Shown: one piece after another, positions 55,031 to 64,000 of the stretch
Layout: each line of letters opens with the position of its first letter
How positions within the stretch are numbered: position 1 is the stretch's first letter
NCBI GenBank assembly: GCA_049968315.1
Contig: JBMFRA010000008.1
Coordinates: 662 to 64,661, forward strand
Reading direction: 5' to 3'
DNA: 64,000 bases
DNA from: Acidobacteriota bacterium
GTDB lineage: Bacteria; Acidobacteriota; UBA4820; DSQY01
Translations under genes and position numbers: made by a program
Notes under the pieces: model-generated
What the model was told of the DNA's origin: nothing
What the model saw: only the letters and a program-made list of their open reading frames with translations
The model's database searches: none

Positions 55031-55659
55031 GGACCGCCCGCCTCGTGACGGCCCTCGGCCTGCTGGTGGCCTCCGCCGCCGCCCACGGCATGGAGCTGGT
55101 GGTCTTCCGGTCGGAGCGCTCCCTGGTGGTGGAACGGGTGGAACGGGACGAGGGGCTCCTGGTTCTCGTCCTTCCCGGCGGCGGAAGGCTTGGGGTCCCG
55201 GAGGAAGAGATCCTCCAGCGCTTCGAGGGGTACGTCCCCCCGCCCGAGGAGCGGGAACCGGAGAAGCCCCTCCCGCCCTCCCTGCCCTACCGGGAGATCA
55301 TCGCCCGGGCCTGCCAGGAAAACCAGGTGGACTGGAAGCTGGTGGCGGCCCTCATCCGGGTGGAATCCAACTTCAACCCCCGGGCCGTCTCCCCCAAGGG
55401 CGCCCAGGGGCTCATGCAGCTCATGCCTTCCACCCAGGCCGACCTGGGGGTGAAGGACCCCTTCTCGCCGGAGGAGAACATCCAGGGCGGCGTCCGCTAC
55501 CTGAGGTGGCTCCTCGATGCCTTTCAGGGAGACCTGGAGCTCACCCTGGCGGCCTACAACGCCGGAATCCGCAGGGTCCAGGCGATCCAGGCCGTACCAC
55601 CCATCCCCGAGACCCAGCGCTACGTCGCCCGGATCCTGGCGCTCTACCCCACCCTCTGA
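55027..55659 (+). CDS. Lytic transglycosylase (SLT domain), secreted
   Basis: GTG start with a signal-like RTARLVTALGLLVASAAAHG. SLT motifs ESNFNPRAVSPKGAQGLMQLMPST and AYNAG. Confidence 0.8.
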   Translation: MRTARLVTALGLLVASAAAHGMELVVFRSERSLVVERVERDEGLLVLVLPGGGRLGVPEEEILQRFEGYVPPPEEREPEKPLPPSLPYREIIARACQENQVDWKLVAALIRVESNFNPRAVSPKGAQGLMQLMPSTQADLGVKDPFSPEENIQGGVRYLRWLLDAFQGDLELTLAAYNAGIRRVQAIQAVPPIPETQRYVARILALYPTL

Positions 55660-55665
55660 CCGCCC

Positions 55666-56850
55666 ATGGCCCCAAGCCCCCCCCGGGTTCTCCACCTCAA
55701 CACGGAGCGGTCCTACCGGGGGGGGGAGGTACAGACCCTGGGCCTCCTCCGGGAGCTGGCCCGCCGGGGTTACGCACCGCTCCTCGCCGCCCCCCCGGGG
55801 GCGCCCCTGGCCCGGCTGGCGGCGGAGGGGGGGATCCCCGTCCTCCCCTGGTCCCTCCGGGGGGAGGCCGACCCCGTTGCCGCCTTCAGGATCCTCCGGT
55901 GGGCCCGGCGGGAGGGGGTGGCCCTCCTCCACGCCCACACGGCCCACGCCCTCACCCCGGCCCTGGTGGCGGGGTTTTGGGGGGGCCTTCCGGTGGTGGC
56001 CACCCGCCGGGTCTCCTTCCCCCTCCGGGGCCCCCTCTCCCGCTGGAAGTACCGGAGGGCCTCGGCGGTGGTGGCGGTGAGCGGCGCCATCGCCGGGCAA
56101 CTGGCGGCGGCGGGGGTCCCGGCGGACCGCCTTCGGGTGATCCACAGCGCGGTGGATCTCGGGCGGCTCCTCCCGCTGCCGTCCCGGGAGGAGGCGCGCC
56201 GGCGCCTGGGACTCTCGGGGGGGGACCGGGTCTTGGGGGTGGCGGCGGCCCTGGCCCCCCACAAGGGCCACGCCGTCCTCTTCGAGGCCCTGGCCGGCCT
56301 GTCGGAGGTGCAACCGCACCTGGTGGTCCTGCTGGCGGGAGAGGGCTCCCTGCGGCGGGAGCTGGAGGAACAGGCGCGGCGGCGGGGCCTGCCGGTCCGC
56401 TTTCTCGGCCACCTCCAAGACCTTCGAGACTTCTTCGCCTCCCTGGACCTCCTGGTCCTGCCCTCCCTTTCCGGCGAGGGGTCCCCCGGGGCGGTCAAGG
56501 AGGCGGCGGCCTCGGGGGTGCCGGTGGTGGCCACCCGGGTGGGGGGCACGGAGGAGGTCCTTCGGGAGGGCCGGGAGGCCCTCCTCGTCCCCCCTGGGGA
56601 CTCCCGGGCCCTGGCCCGGGCCATCCTCCGCCTCCTCGAGGACCGGGAGCTGGCCGTGAGCCTCGCGGCCCGGGCCCGGGAGCGCTCCCTGGACTTCGGA
56701 ATGGACCGGATGGCCGAGGCCTACCTCCTCCTCTACGGCCGCCTTACGGGGCAGGGGGCCCGTTCCGCCGCCGTTGGGGCCTCCACCGACAGTGGGGGAA
56801 GAGCTTCCGCAGGTAGCGGCGGAGAAGGGCCGGTTCCACCGGAAGGGTGA
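55666..56850 (+). CDS. Glycosyltransferase family 4 (GT-B, group 1)
   Basis: The C-terminal domain carries an EGSPGAVKEAAASGVPVVAT-type motif. The 3' end overlaps the convergent regulator by about 100 nt, so the true stop may be earlier. Confidence 0.75.
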   Translation: MAPSPPRVLHLNTERSYRGGEVQTLGLLRELARRGYAPLLAAPPGAPLARLAAEGGIPVLPWSLRGEADPVAAFRILRWARREGVALLHAHTAHALTPALVAGFWGGLPVVATRRVSFPLRGPLSRWKYRRASAVVAVSGAIAGQLAAAGVPADRLRVIHSAVDLGRLLPLPSREEARRRLGLSGGDRVLGVAAALAPHKGHAVLFEALAGLSEVQPHLVVLLAGEGSLRRELEEQARRRGLPVRFLGHLQDLRDFFASLDLLVLPSLSGEGSPGAVKEAAASGVPVVATRVGGTEEVLREGREALLVPPGDSRALARAILRLLEDRELAVSLAARARERSLDFGMDRMAEAYLLLYGRLTGQGARSAAVGASTDSGGRASAGSGGEGPVPPEG

Positions 56851-57358
56851 AGTGGCCCTGCACCCCCGATTCCTCCAAGGCTTCCAGCGTCTCGGCGTCC
56901 TCCGAGGGGAGGAGGACGGCCACTCGGACGCTCGCCGTCTCCGCCGAGCGGTAGAGCCGGCGGCAGACCTCCAGGCCGTCCCACCGGCGGTCCGAGAGGT
57001 CCACCAGGACGAAGTGGGGGCGGAAGGCCAGGAAGGCGAAGCCCGCCTCGAAGGCCGAGGAGGGGACCTCCACCTCGAAGTCGGGGCTCCACCGGGCCGC
57101 CGCCTCCGCCAGGCCCCGCTGCCCCGGGGCCACCAGGAAGAGGAGGCGGCGTCCCCCCGCCCGGAATTCGGCGGGCAGGGGCATGGCGTGGGCCTCCAGG
57201 AAGGCGTCCAGATCCTGCCGCCGGATCCGCCGGTGGCCTCCGGGGGTCCGGAAGGCACGAAGGCGCCCGCTGTTCACCCAGTTTCGGACGGTGTAGGGGC
57301 TCACGCCGCAGTAGCGGGCGGCCTGCCAGGTGGTGAGGAGGTGCGGGCCCTCCGCCAT
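56744..57358 (-). CDS. Excisionase/MerR-family HTH DNA-binding domain fused to a receiver-like (pseudo-receiver) domain
   Basis: HTH LTTWQAARYCGVSPYTVRNWVNSGRL, then a CheY-like fold with VLVDLSDRRWDGLEV but lacking the N-terminal acidic pair (LFLVAPGQ). Start MAEGPHLL at 57358. Confidence 0.6.
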   Translation of the reverse strand: MAEGPHLLTTWQAARYCGVSPYTVRNWVNSGRLRAFRTPGGHRRIRRQDLDAFLEAHAMPLPAEFRAGGRRLLFLVAPGQRGLAEAAARWSPDFEVEVPSSAFEAGFAFLAFRPHFVLVDLSDRRWDGLEVCRRLYRSAETASVRVAVLLPSEDAETLEALEESGVQGHFTLPVEPALLRRYLRKLFPHCRWRPQRRRNGPPAP

Positions 57359-57359
57359 C

Positions 57360-57707
57360 TCAGCGCCCCCCGCCGGAGGTCTCCCCCGCGAGGACCCGCC
57401 CCTGGACCACGGCGCCGTCCTCCACGAGGATATGGCCGGCCCGGATGTCCCCCGCCACCCGCCCGCCGCTCCGAATGGCCACCCACCCGGTGGCGGTGAC
57501 GGGACCTTCCACCGTCCCCCCCACCTCCACATCCCGGGCGGAGAGGGGCCCCTCCAGCCGTGCCCCCCGGGCGATGACGACCCGGGCCGTGGAGCGGACC
57601 TCCCCCACGAGGACACCCTCCAGAAGGAGATCGTCGGCGGTCTCGAGGGTTCCCTTCAGGCGGGATCCGGCGTCGATTCGCGTCTCCAACGAAGCCTCCC
57701 CCTCCAT
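57360..57707 (-). CDS. Bactofilin family protein
   Basis: Start MEGEASLE at 57707; beta-helical repeats (GTLETADDLLLEGVLVGEV ... GPLSARDVEVGGTVEG ... GDIRAGHILVEDGAVVQG). One nt upstream of the HTH-receiver gene. Confidence 0.75.
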   Translation of the reverse strand: MEGEASLETRIDAGSRLKGTLETADDLLLEGVLVGEVRSTARVVIARGARLEGPLSARDVEVGGTVEGPVTATGWVAIRSGGRVAGDIRAGHILVEDGAVVQGRVLAGETSGGGR

Positions 57708-57774
57708 GATACGGCCAACGGGGAAGGCTGGGGAGGGGCTTCGCCCGCCGCGGCGGGGTGGGTATACTGGGCCC

Positions 57775-58215
57775 ATGCGACGCGCCCTCTCTCCGGTCCT
57801 CTCGGCCTTCCTGCTGGCAGCCGTCCCAGCGGTTCCCCCATGGAGCCAGGAGACGCCGCCGCCGGCGGCGGCCCGGGAGGGGTCCTCCGGCCTGGCCCTC
57901 CAGTGGGAGAAGGACTTCGACCTGCTCTACGACCTAGAGGGCGCCGACCCGGTACGGGAGGCGGCGGAGACCCGCCGGAAGGCCCTGGAGCTGGAACGGC
58001 AGGGGCTCGACGTCCGTATCGGAGAGCTCCGGGAGCGGCTCCGCTCCCTGGAGGGAAGCTACAGCACCGAACTCCTCCTCCGGGAGATGCTGGCCCTCGA
58101 CGTGGGGACCCTCCAGGAGGTCCAGGCGGTGCTCCGGAGGGAGCTGGCCGCCGCGGAAGGGCGCCGGAAAGAGGTGGAGGAGGCCCTACGCCGGCTGCCG
58201 GGGGGCAGGCCGTGA
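57775..58215 (+). CDS. Secreted coiled-coil protein, hypothetical (146 aa)
   Basis: Signal peptide MRRALSPVLSAFLLAAVPAVPPWS, then charged helical sequence. A TATACT -10 lies 6 nt upstream of the ATG, possibly a leaderless transcript. The stop overlaps the downstream GTG. Confidence 0.55.
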   Translation: MRRALSPVLSAFLLAAVPAVPPWSQETPPPAAAREGSSGLALQWEKDFDLLYDLEGADPVREAAETRRKALELERQGLDVRIGELRERLRSLEGSYSTELLLREMLALDVGTLQEVQAVLRRELAAAEGRRKEVEEALRRLPGGRP

Positions 58216-59576
58216 GGGGGCGCCTCCTGCTGGCGGAGGACCGGGCGGGCCTCCGCAGGGCCCTTTCGGAAGTCCTGGCCCGCGAGGGCTACGAGGTCCT
58301 GGAGGCACCCGACGGGCGGGCGGGCCTCCAACGGGTCGAGGCCGGGGGGTACGACCTGGGGCTCTTCGACCTGAAGCTCCCCCACCACGACGGCCTGGAA
58401 CTGCTGAAGGCCAGCCGGGAGCGGTGGCCCCTGGTGCCGGTGGTGCTCCTCACCGCCTACGGTTCGGTGGAGTCGGCGGTGGCCGCCATGAAGGGGGGGG
58501 CCGCCGATTTCCTCCAGAAGCCGGTGGACCCCGGGCACCTCCTCCTGGTGGTCCAGCGGGTCCTCCAGGCTTCCCGGCGGGACCGCCTGGAAGAGGTCCG
58601 GGCCATGGACGCCGAGCGCCTCGCCGCCTTCCGCCCGATCCTCGGCCGAAGCGCCGTCCTTCGGGCCGCGCAGGAGCAGGCCGCCCGGGTGGCGCCCACC
58701 TCCGCCACCTGCCTCCTTCTCGGCGAGACGGGGGTGGGCAAGGAACTCTTCGCCCGGGCCATCCACGCGGCGGGCCCCCGCCGGGACCACCCCTTCGTGG
58801 CCGTCAACTGCGCCGCCATCCCCGAAAGCCTTCTGGAGAACGAGCTCTTCGGCCACGAGAAGGGGGCCTTCACCGGGGCGCACGCCGCCGCCGTGGGAAA
58901 GGTGGAGTACGCCCACGGGGGGACCCTGTTCCTCGACGAGATCGGCGAGATGGGGCCCGCCCTCCAGGCCAAGCTCCTCCGCGTCATCGAGGAGAAGACC
59001 TTCACCCGGGTGGGCTCCGCCCGCCCCATCCAGGTGGACGTGCGGGTCATCTGCGCCACCCACCGGGACCTCTCCGCCATGGTCCGGGAGGGGGCCTTCC
59101 GGGAGGACCTCTACTACCGCCTCGGCGCCTTTCCCATCCGAATTCCGCCGCTTCGGGAGCGCCCCGAGGACATCCCCCTCTTGGCGGAGCACTTCCTCGG
59201 CCTCTTCCGAAAGGAAACCGGGAGGCCGGAGCTGACCCTTTCGGAGGAGGCCCACAGGGCCCTGGCGGCGTACCGGTGGCCCGGCAACGTGCGGGAACTC
59301 ATGAACCGTCTGGAGCGGGCCGCCATCCTGGCCCCCCCCGACGGGCGGGTGGGCCCAGCCCTGTTGGCTCTGGAGGCGTCGCCCTCCTCCGAAAGCCCGC
59401 CGCCGGCGCCCGAGTCCACCCCCGACCCCGAACGGTGGCTCCAGGAGGAGGAACGGTGGCGCGCCCGGGAACTCCTGCGCCTCTGCGGGGGGGACCGCCG
59501 CCGGACCGCCCGTCTGCTGGAGTGGCCCCTCTCCCGGCTGGAGGCCGCCCTGAAGGGGGGAGGTCCGAAACTTTGA
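58212..59576 (+). CDS. Sigma-54-dependent response regulator (NtrC family: REC + AAA+ + Fis HTH)
   Basis: Receiver LLAEDRAGLR ... DLGLFDLKLP, sigma-54 activator GETGVGKE, GAFTGA-type ELFGHEKGAFTGA and C-terminal RTARLLEWPLSRL. GTG start. Confidence 0.9.
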   Translation: MRGRLLLAEDRAGLRRALSEVLAREGYEVLEAPDGRAGLQRVEAGGYDLGLFDLKLPHHDGLELLKASRERWPLVPVVLLTAYGSVESAVAAMKGGAADFLQKPVDPGHLLLVVQRVLQASRRDRLEEVRAMDAERLAAFRPILGRSAVLRAAQEQAARVAPTSATCLLLGETGVGKELFARAIHAAGPRRDHPFVAVNCAAIPESLLENELFGHEKGAFTGAHAAAVGKVEYAHGGTLFLDEIGEMGPALQAKLLRVIEEKTFTRVGSARPIQVDVRVICATHRDLSAMVREGAFREDLYYRLGAFPIRIPPLRERPEDIPLLAEHFLGLFRKETGRPELTLSEEAHRALAAYRWPGNVRELMNRLERAAILAPPDGRVGPALLALEASPSSESPPPAPESTPDPERWLQEEERWRARELLRLCGGDRRRTARLLEWPLSRLEAALKGGGPKL

Positions 59577-59619
59577 GGGGCCCGCTTTCGTTTCACCTTC
59601 GTTGGAGAGGAGCGCGTCC

Positions 59620-61437
59620 ATGAACGAGCCCGTCAACGTCCCGCCGCCCCGCCGCGTCCGCTGGGGCCTCATCGCCCTCCTGGTTGTCCTGGCCGCCCTG
59701 GTCCTCGGAGTCCTGCTGGTGGCGGCGGGCCTCTCGTCCCTGATGAAGGGTCCCGCCGTCGCCGTCAAGCCCGACAGCACCCTGGTGGTGAGCTTCGACC
59801 GGCCCCTCCAGGAGCTGTCCCCCGACCCGCTGATGACCCAGCTCTTCCACGTGAAGGTCTACTCGGTCTACGAGGTGGAGGAGGCCCTCGACCGGGCGGC
59901 CCAGGACGACCGGATCAAATCGGTGCTGGTCGAGGTCGGGTCCGTTCCGGCGGGCTTCGGCAAGATTCAGGAGATGGCCGATGCCCTGCGCCGCTTCAAG
60001 AAGAGCGGCAAACCCGTCTGGGCCTACTTCGAGAGCGCCGGAAACGGGGGCTACTACCTGGCGGCCTCGGCGGACCGGGTTCTCGCCCCCCCGTCCGGGA
60101 GCCTGATGCTCACCGGGCTTCTGGCGGAGGTGCCCTTCTACCGGGGCGTTCTGGACAAGCTCAAGGTAGAGCCCCAGCTCTACCACATCGGCGCCTACAA
60201 GTCCTACTCCGACAGCTTCATGCGCAAGGAGATGTCCGAGGCCCACCGCGAGGCCATGAACGCGGTGCTCGACAGCCTGTACGGCCAGATGGTCGAGGGG
60301 GTGGCACAGGGACGGAAGCTCTCCCCGGAGGCCGTCCGGGGCCTGGTGGACCGCGGCTTCTTCTGGGGGCCCGAGTTGAAGGCCAAGGGGCTGGTGGACG
60401 ACCTCCTCTACAGGGACCAGGTGGAAGCGGAACTCCGCAAGGCCAACGGCAACGGGGAGAAGTGGAACCACGTCTCCCTGGAGGCCTACCTCAAGGACCG
60501 CCGGGTGGACCCCTCCCGGGGGGCCCGGAAGACCATCGCCCTGGTGATCGCCAGCGGGGGCATCGTCTCCGGCGAGGGGGACGGTACCCAGGCGGCCTCC
60601 GGCGGCAACATCGGCTCCGACACGGTGGTGAAGTGGCTCCGGAAGGCGGGGGAGGACCGGGACGTGTCGGCGGTGGTGCTGCGGGTGGACAGCCCCGGAG
60701 GCTCAGGCCTGGCCTCCGACGTCATCTGGCGCCAGGTCCAGGTGCTCCGCAAGAGCAAGCCGGTGGTCGTATCCATGTCCGACGTGGCGGCCTCCGGCGG
60801 GTACTACATCTCCATGGGGGCCGACGGCATCGTGGCCCAGCCAGGGACCATCACCGGCTCCATCGGGGTCGTCACCGGAAAATTCGTCCTCAGGGGCCTC
60901 TACGACTGGATCGACTACCGGGAGGAGGTGATGAAGCGGGGAGCCAACGCCGACATGCTCAGCGCCTCGGTCCGCTTCTCCCCCGAACAGGAGGCCCTCC
61001 TGATGGAGCACATGGGCGCCTTCTACCGCGATTTCGTCGCCAAGGCCGCCGAGGGGCGGCACCTCTCCTTCGACGAGGTTGACCGGGTGGCCCAGGGCCG
61101 CATCTGGACCGGCGAGGACGCCCGGAAGCTCGGCCTGGTGGACCGGCTCGGCGGGATTTCCGAAGCCCTGGACCTCGCCCGGGAGAAGGCCGGCATTCCC
61201 AAGGACCAGCGGGTGAAGGTCCGCGTCCTGCCCCGGCCCAAGAACTTCCTGGAGGCCTTCCTGCAGAGCGACGCCGACAGCCTGGCCCGGCTCCGCCAGA
61301 CGGCGGCCCTCCCGCCAGAGCTGGCGCGCCTCTACGCGGAGTACGAGTACCTCCGGCCCCTGGCCTCCGAGCCCTTCGTCCTGGTGGCTCCGGAGGTCCT
61401 GCCGGGGGGGGCGGCCCGCTTCGCCGCCGGGCCCTGA
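59620..61437 (+). CDS. sppA: Signal peptide peptidase SppA (protease IV, 67K type, two S49 domains)
   Basis: N-terminal TM anchor and duplicated ClpP/crotonase-like S49 domains with SDVAASGGYYIS. ATG at 59620 after GGAGAGGAG. Confidence 0.88.
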   Translation: MNEPVNVPPPRRVRWGLIALLVVLAALVLGVLLVAAGLSSLMKGPAVAVKPDSTLVVSFDRPLQELSPDPLMTQLFHVKVYSVYEVEEALDRAAQDDRIKSVLVEVGSVPAGFGKIQEMADALRRFKKSGKPVWAYFESAGNGGYYLAASADRVLAPPSGSLMLTGLLAEVPFYRGVLDKLKVEPQLYHIGAYKSYSDSFMRKEMSEAHREAMNAVLDSLYGQMVEGVAQGRKLSPEAVRGLVDRGFFWGPELKAKGLVDDLLYRDQVEAELRKANGNGEKWNHVSLEAYLKDRRVDPSRGARKTIALVIASGGIVSGEGDGTQAASGGNIGSDTVVKWLRKAGEDRDVSAVVLRVDSPGGSGLASDVIWRQVQVLRKSKPVVVSMSDVAASGGYYISMGADGIVAQPGTITGSIGVVTGKFVLRGLYDWIDYREEVMKRGANADMLSASVRFSPEQEALLMEHMGAFYRDFVAKAAEGRHLSFDEVDRVAQGRIWTGEDARKLGLVDRLGGISEALDLAREKAGIPKDQRVKVRVLPRPKNFLEAFLQSDADSLARLRQTAALPPELARLYAEYEYLRPLASEPFVLVAPEVLPGGAARFAAGP

Positions 61438-61448
61438 AGGCCTCCGCC

Positions 61449-61477
61449 TTGACCGTCCGAGGGGGCTGTGGTAAGCT
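61449..61477 (+). promoter_or_regulatory. Putative sigma-70 promoter giving a leaderless transcript for the SLT gene at 61484
   Basis: TTGACC, 17-nt spacer, TAAGCT, then 6 nt to the ATG with no SD. Confidence 0.45.
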
Positions 61478-61483
61478 AACTCC

Positions 61484-62125
61484 ATGATCGGACGGAAGAA
61501 AGGCTTTCTGGAACATGTCGCGGCCCTCTCTGCGGCCGCCGCGGGCCTCTTCCTCGTCAACGTGTGGAGCAAGCCCGCCCAATGGGCCGCCCAATCGGCC
61601 CAGCCGTCACCCAAGGCGTACCTTTGCCGGGGGAACCTCTTCCCGGCGGAGATCCTTCTGACCAAGGCCCTGGCCGACTGCCGCCAGCGGTGGCCCCGCC
61701 CCCTCTTCGACCGGACGGTGGCGGCCATCGAGGAGGTGCGGGCCCGGTACGGCTACGACCCCGCTTTCATCGTGAGCCTCATCGAGCGCGAGAGCGCCTT
61801 CGAGGTGGGGGCCGTCTCCCCCCAGGGGGCGGTGGGCCTCATGCAGATCCTGCCGGCCACCGCCCGCCGGGTGGCGGCCCAGGAGGGGGTGTCCCTGCAG
61901 GGGGCCAGCCTCTTCGACCCGGAGGTCAACCTCCGGTTGGGCTTTGCCTACCTGGCGGACCTCCAACGCCGGTACGGCGGGCTCGAGGAGGCACTGGTGG
62001 TGTACAACGCCGGCCCGCAGGCTCTCCGCTCCCAGCAGAAGGGCGAGGTGCTGCGGCGAAGGATCTACCGCCGGGGGATCCGGGAGGCCCAGGCCCGCTA
62101 CGACCGCTGGTTGAAAAGCCGCTGA
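61484..62125 (+). CDS. Lytic transglycosylase (SLT domain)
   Basis: ERESAFEVGAVSPQGAVGLMQILPATA and VYNAG motifs; hydrophobic N-terminus. Confidence 0.8.
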   Translation: MIGRKKGFLEHVAALSAAAAGLFLVNVWSKPAQWAAQSAQPSPKAYLCRGNLFPAEILLTKALADCRQRWPRPLFDRTVAAIEEVRARYGYDPAFIVSLIERESAFEVGAVSPQGAVGLMQILPATARRVAAQEGVSLQGASLFDPEVNLRLGFAYLADLQRRYGGLEEALVVYNAGPQALRSQQKGEVLRRRIYRRGIREAQARYDRWLKSR

Positions 62126-62202
62126 CCCTCCCCCCGGAACCGGGGGGGCTCTCCCCTCCGGCCCCCTTCGGCGCTATGCTGGCCCCTGGAGGAGGAACAC
62201 CC

Positions 62203-62433
62203 ATGGCCGAAAGTTTCGAGACCCGCGTCCGGGAGGTCATCGCCCGCATCCGTCCGGCCCTGCAGATGGACGGCGGGGACATCGAGATCGTGGAGATCGC
62301 CGAGCCCAACCTGAAGGTCCGCCTGGTGGGGGCCTGCCACGGCTGCCCCAGCGCCGTGTACACGCTCTACCAGGGGGTCTACGGCGAATTGAAGCGGACC
62401 ATCCCCGAGTTCGGTGAGCTCATTGCCGTCTGA
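62203..62433 (+). CDS. NifU C-terminal-like / Nfu-type Fe-S cluster assembly scaffold (76 aa)
   Basis: GACHGCPS CxxC motif with flanking DGGDIE. ATG at 62203 after GGAGGAGG; the listed 289-aa ORF is an extension. Confidence 0.75.
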   Translation: MAESFETRVREVIARIRPALQMDGGDIEIVEIAEPNLKVRLVGACHGCPSAVYTLYQGVYGELKRTIPEFGELIAV

Positions 62434-62995
62434 GGGCGCCGGAGCCATCCCGGCGGAGGTCCGCCGGGAGCTCCTGGCCCTGGCCCGCCGCTCTGTGGAG
62501 ACCTTCCTCGGGGAAGGGCGCCGGCTCCGCAAGGGCAAGGACTACCCCGATCTGGCCCCCGAACCCCGGGGGGCTTTCGTCACCCTAAAAACGGGGGAGG
62601 GAGACCTGCGGGGCTGCATCGGCACGATCCTTCCGGCGGGCCCCCTGGACGAGACGGTGGTCCGCATGGCCGTGGCGGCGGCGGTGGAGGACCCCCGCTT
62701 TCCGGCGGTGCGCCTTTCGGAACTACCCCGCCTCCGTTTCGAAATCTCCGCCCTCACCGTCCCCGAGCCCGTTCCCGACCTCCGCCGGATCGAGGTGGGC
62801 CGCCACGGCCTCATCGTGACCCGGGGGAGCCGCAAGGGGCTCCTCCTCCCCCAGGTGGCCCCCGAGTGGGGGTGGGACCGGGAGGAGTTCCTACGCCACA
62901 CGTGCCTCAAGGCCGGCCTCCCGGAGGAGGCCTGGCGGGACCCTGGCACCCGGGTGGAGTGGTTCGAGGCGGAGGTCTGGGGGGAGGAGCCGTAG
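62414..62995 (+). CDS. AMMECR1 domain protein (AmmeMemoRadiSam system protein A-like)
   Basis: Signature GAFVTLK ... LRGCIGT. Confidence 0.8.
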   Translation: MSSLPSEGAGAIPAEVRRELLALARRSVETFLGEGRRLRKGKDYPDLAPEPRGAFVTLKTGEGDLRGCIGTILPAGPLDETVVRMAVAAAVEDPRFPAVRLSELPRLRFEISALTVPEPVPDLRRIEVGRHGLIVTRGSRKGLLLPQVAPEWGWDREEFLRHTCLKAGLPEEAWRDPGTRVEWFEAEVWGEEP

Positions 62996-63001
62996 GGCCC
63001 C

Positions 63002-63898
63002 CTACCGGATCTCCACCTGCACGGTGAGCGTCTCCTTGCTCTTGATGTCCACGGACTTGCCGTCCCCCGAGAGGATCTTTCCCCACAGGTCCGTCACCGT
63101 CGTAGTGGTTCGCCGGGAGCGGTGGGAGGCACGGTCGGCGGCGATCCAGAGATCCTCAGTGACCTCGACGCCGAAGGTTCCCACGAACTTGGGAATCTTG
63201 AGTTCGCTGGCCTTCACCCTCGTGCGGAGGACGAGGCCGGGCTGGCCCTCCCAGGCCTCTTCGCCGACGTAGGTGGCCGTACCCTCCAGGCGGGCCGACT
63301 TGGCCATCTCCTCCTGATCCTTGGGAAAGATCGCTTGGGCCAGCCTCTCGGGGGAGAGGCTCCAGCTCTCGCCGGGGGCCACCGGCCGGCCGGGGCCCAA
63401 CAGGGCGTCCTCGTCCAACGCATCGGGGGCGGGGAAGGCCTGGGGTAGGAGGCCGAGAAGTTCCTTGGGAAGCTCCTTGCCGTCCCGGCGGACGAAGCGG
63501 GGCTTGCCGCCGGGGAAGGAGATGCCCAGCTCCGCGCCGTCGAGGTCCAGGGCCCTCTCCTTGTCCTCCTGCCAAAGGCGGGCGGTGGCCACCTGGAAGA
63601 GCATGAGGGAGGGCTCGCCGCGGTCGGTCACCGAAAGGACCCGGGCCTTGCCCTGGAGGTGGAAGGAGACCTTGTGGCTGGAGCCCGAGGTCGCCTCGCC
63701 GATGCCGAAGGTGCCCTTCCCCGAACCCTGGAGGTCGAAGACCATCTCGAAGGCCTCCCCTCGGGCAAAGGGCTGGTGGAGCACAATCTCCCGGGCCGCA
63801 CCTTCCCGGGGGACGGGCGGTGCCTCCTGCCCCAACGCCGTAAGCGCCACCGCTACAACCAAGACCACAAGTCCGGCGCGCCGTGCTGCCTTTTCCAT
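63002..63898 (-). CDS. Secreted hypothetical protein (298 aa, signal peptide)
   Basis: N-terminal MEKAARRAGLVVLVVAVALTALGQEAP signal. No recognizable domain. Confidence 0.5.
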   Translation of the reverse strand: MEKAARRAGLVVLVVAVALTALGQEAPPVPREGAAREIVLHQPFARGEAFEMVFDLQGSGKGTFGIGEATSGSSHKVSFHLQGKARVLSVTDRGEPSLMLFQVATARLWQEDKERALDLDGAELGISFPGGKPRFVRRDGKELPKELLGLLPQAFPAPDALDEDALLGPGRPVAPGESWSLSPERLAQAIFPKDQEEMAKSARLEGTATYVGEEAWEGQPGLVLRTRVKASELKIPKFVGTFGVEVTEDLWIAADRASHRSRRTTTTVTDLWGKILSGDGKSVDIKSKETLTVQVEIR

Positions 63899-64000
63899 GT
63901 CTCCCTCCTCTCTCCCCCATTTTGACCGTCCCCAATGCGAGCGGCAAGGGCGCCGGAGCCACGGCCTTGGAAGCCGGGAAAGCGGCCGGGAACCCTGGGC

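Overview
This is a high-GC (about 70%) bacterial chromosomal window covering the replication-origin neighbourhood. Genes from about 0.3 to 9.5 kb lie on the minus strand and diverge from dnaA; from 9.6 to about 20 kb everything lies on the plus strand (dnaA-dnaN-recF-gyrB-gyrA-tRNA-Asp). Two DnaA-box clusters flank dnaA. Further right lie a cold-shock gene, pyrR-pyrB-pyrC, radA, uvrA, a tryptophanase-family lyase, thiS and tRNA-Val. Next comes an ATP synthase operon atpF'-F-H-A-G-D-C without the a/c subunit genes, then rpmH-rnpA-yidD-yidC-mnmE-mnmG-rsmG-parA-parB with a near-perfect parS palindrome inside the rsmG 3' end, and a bactofilin gene directly after parB. The last part holds glmS/glmU, a HutI-like amidohydrolase, divIVA, yggS, cell-wall genes, a second bactofilin operon with an HTH/pseudo-receiver regulator, an orphan sigma-54 activator, sppA, an Nfu-like protein and an AMMECR1 protein. 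The most unusual feature is the tightly coupled minus-strand operon immediately left of dnaA: Ppx/GppA exopolyphosphatase, two tandem divergent thymidylate-kinase-like P-loop kinases (one with a K-to-R Walker A), a small hypothetical, a metallophosphoesterase, a CYTH-CHAD protein and two ABC-2 exporter pairs. Several very long opposite-strand ORFs (up to 2256 aa) are rejected as high-GC shadow frames. No CRISPR arrays, transposases or integrases were seen.
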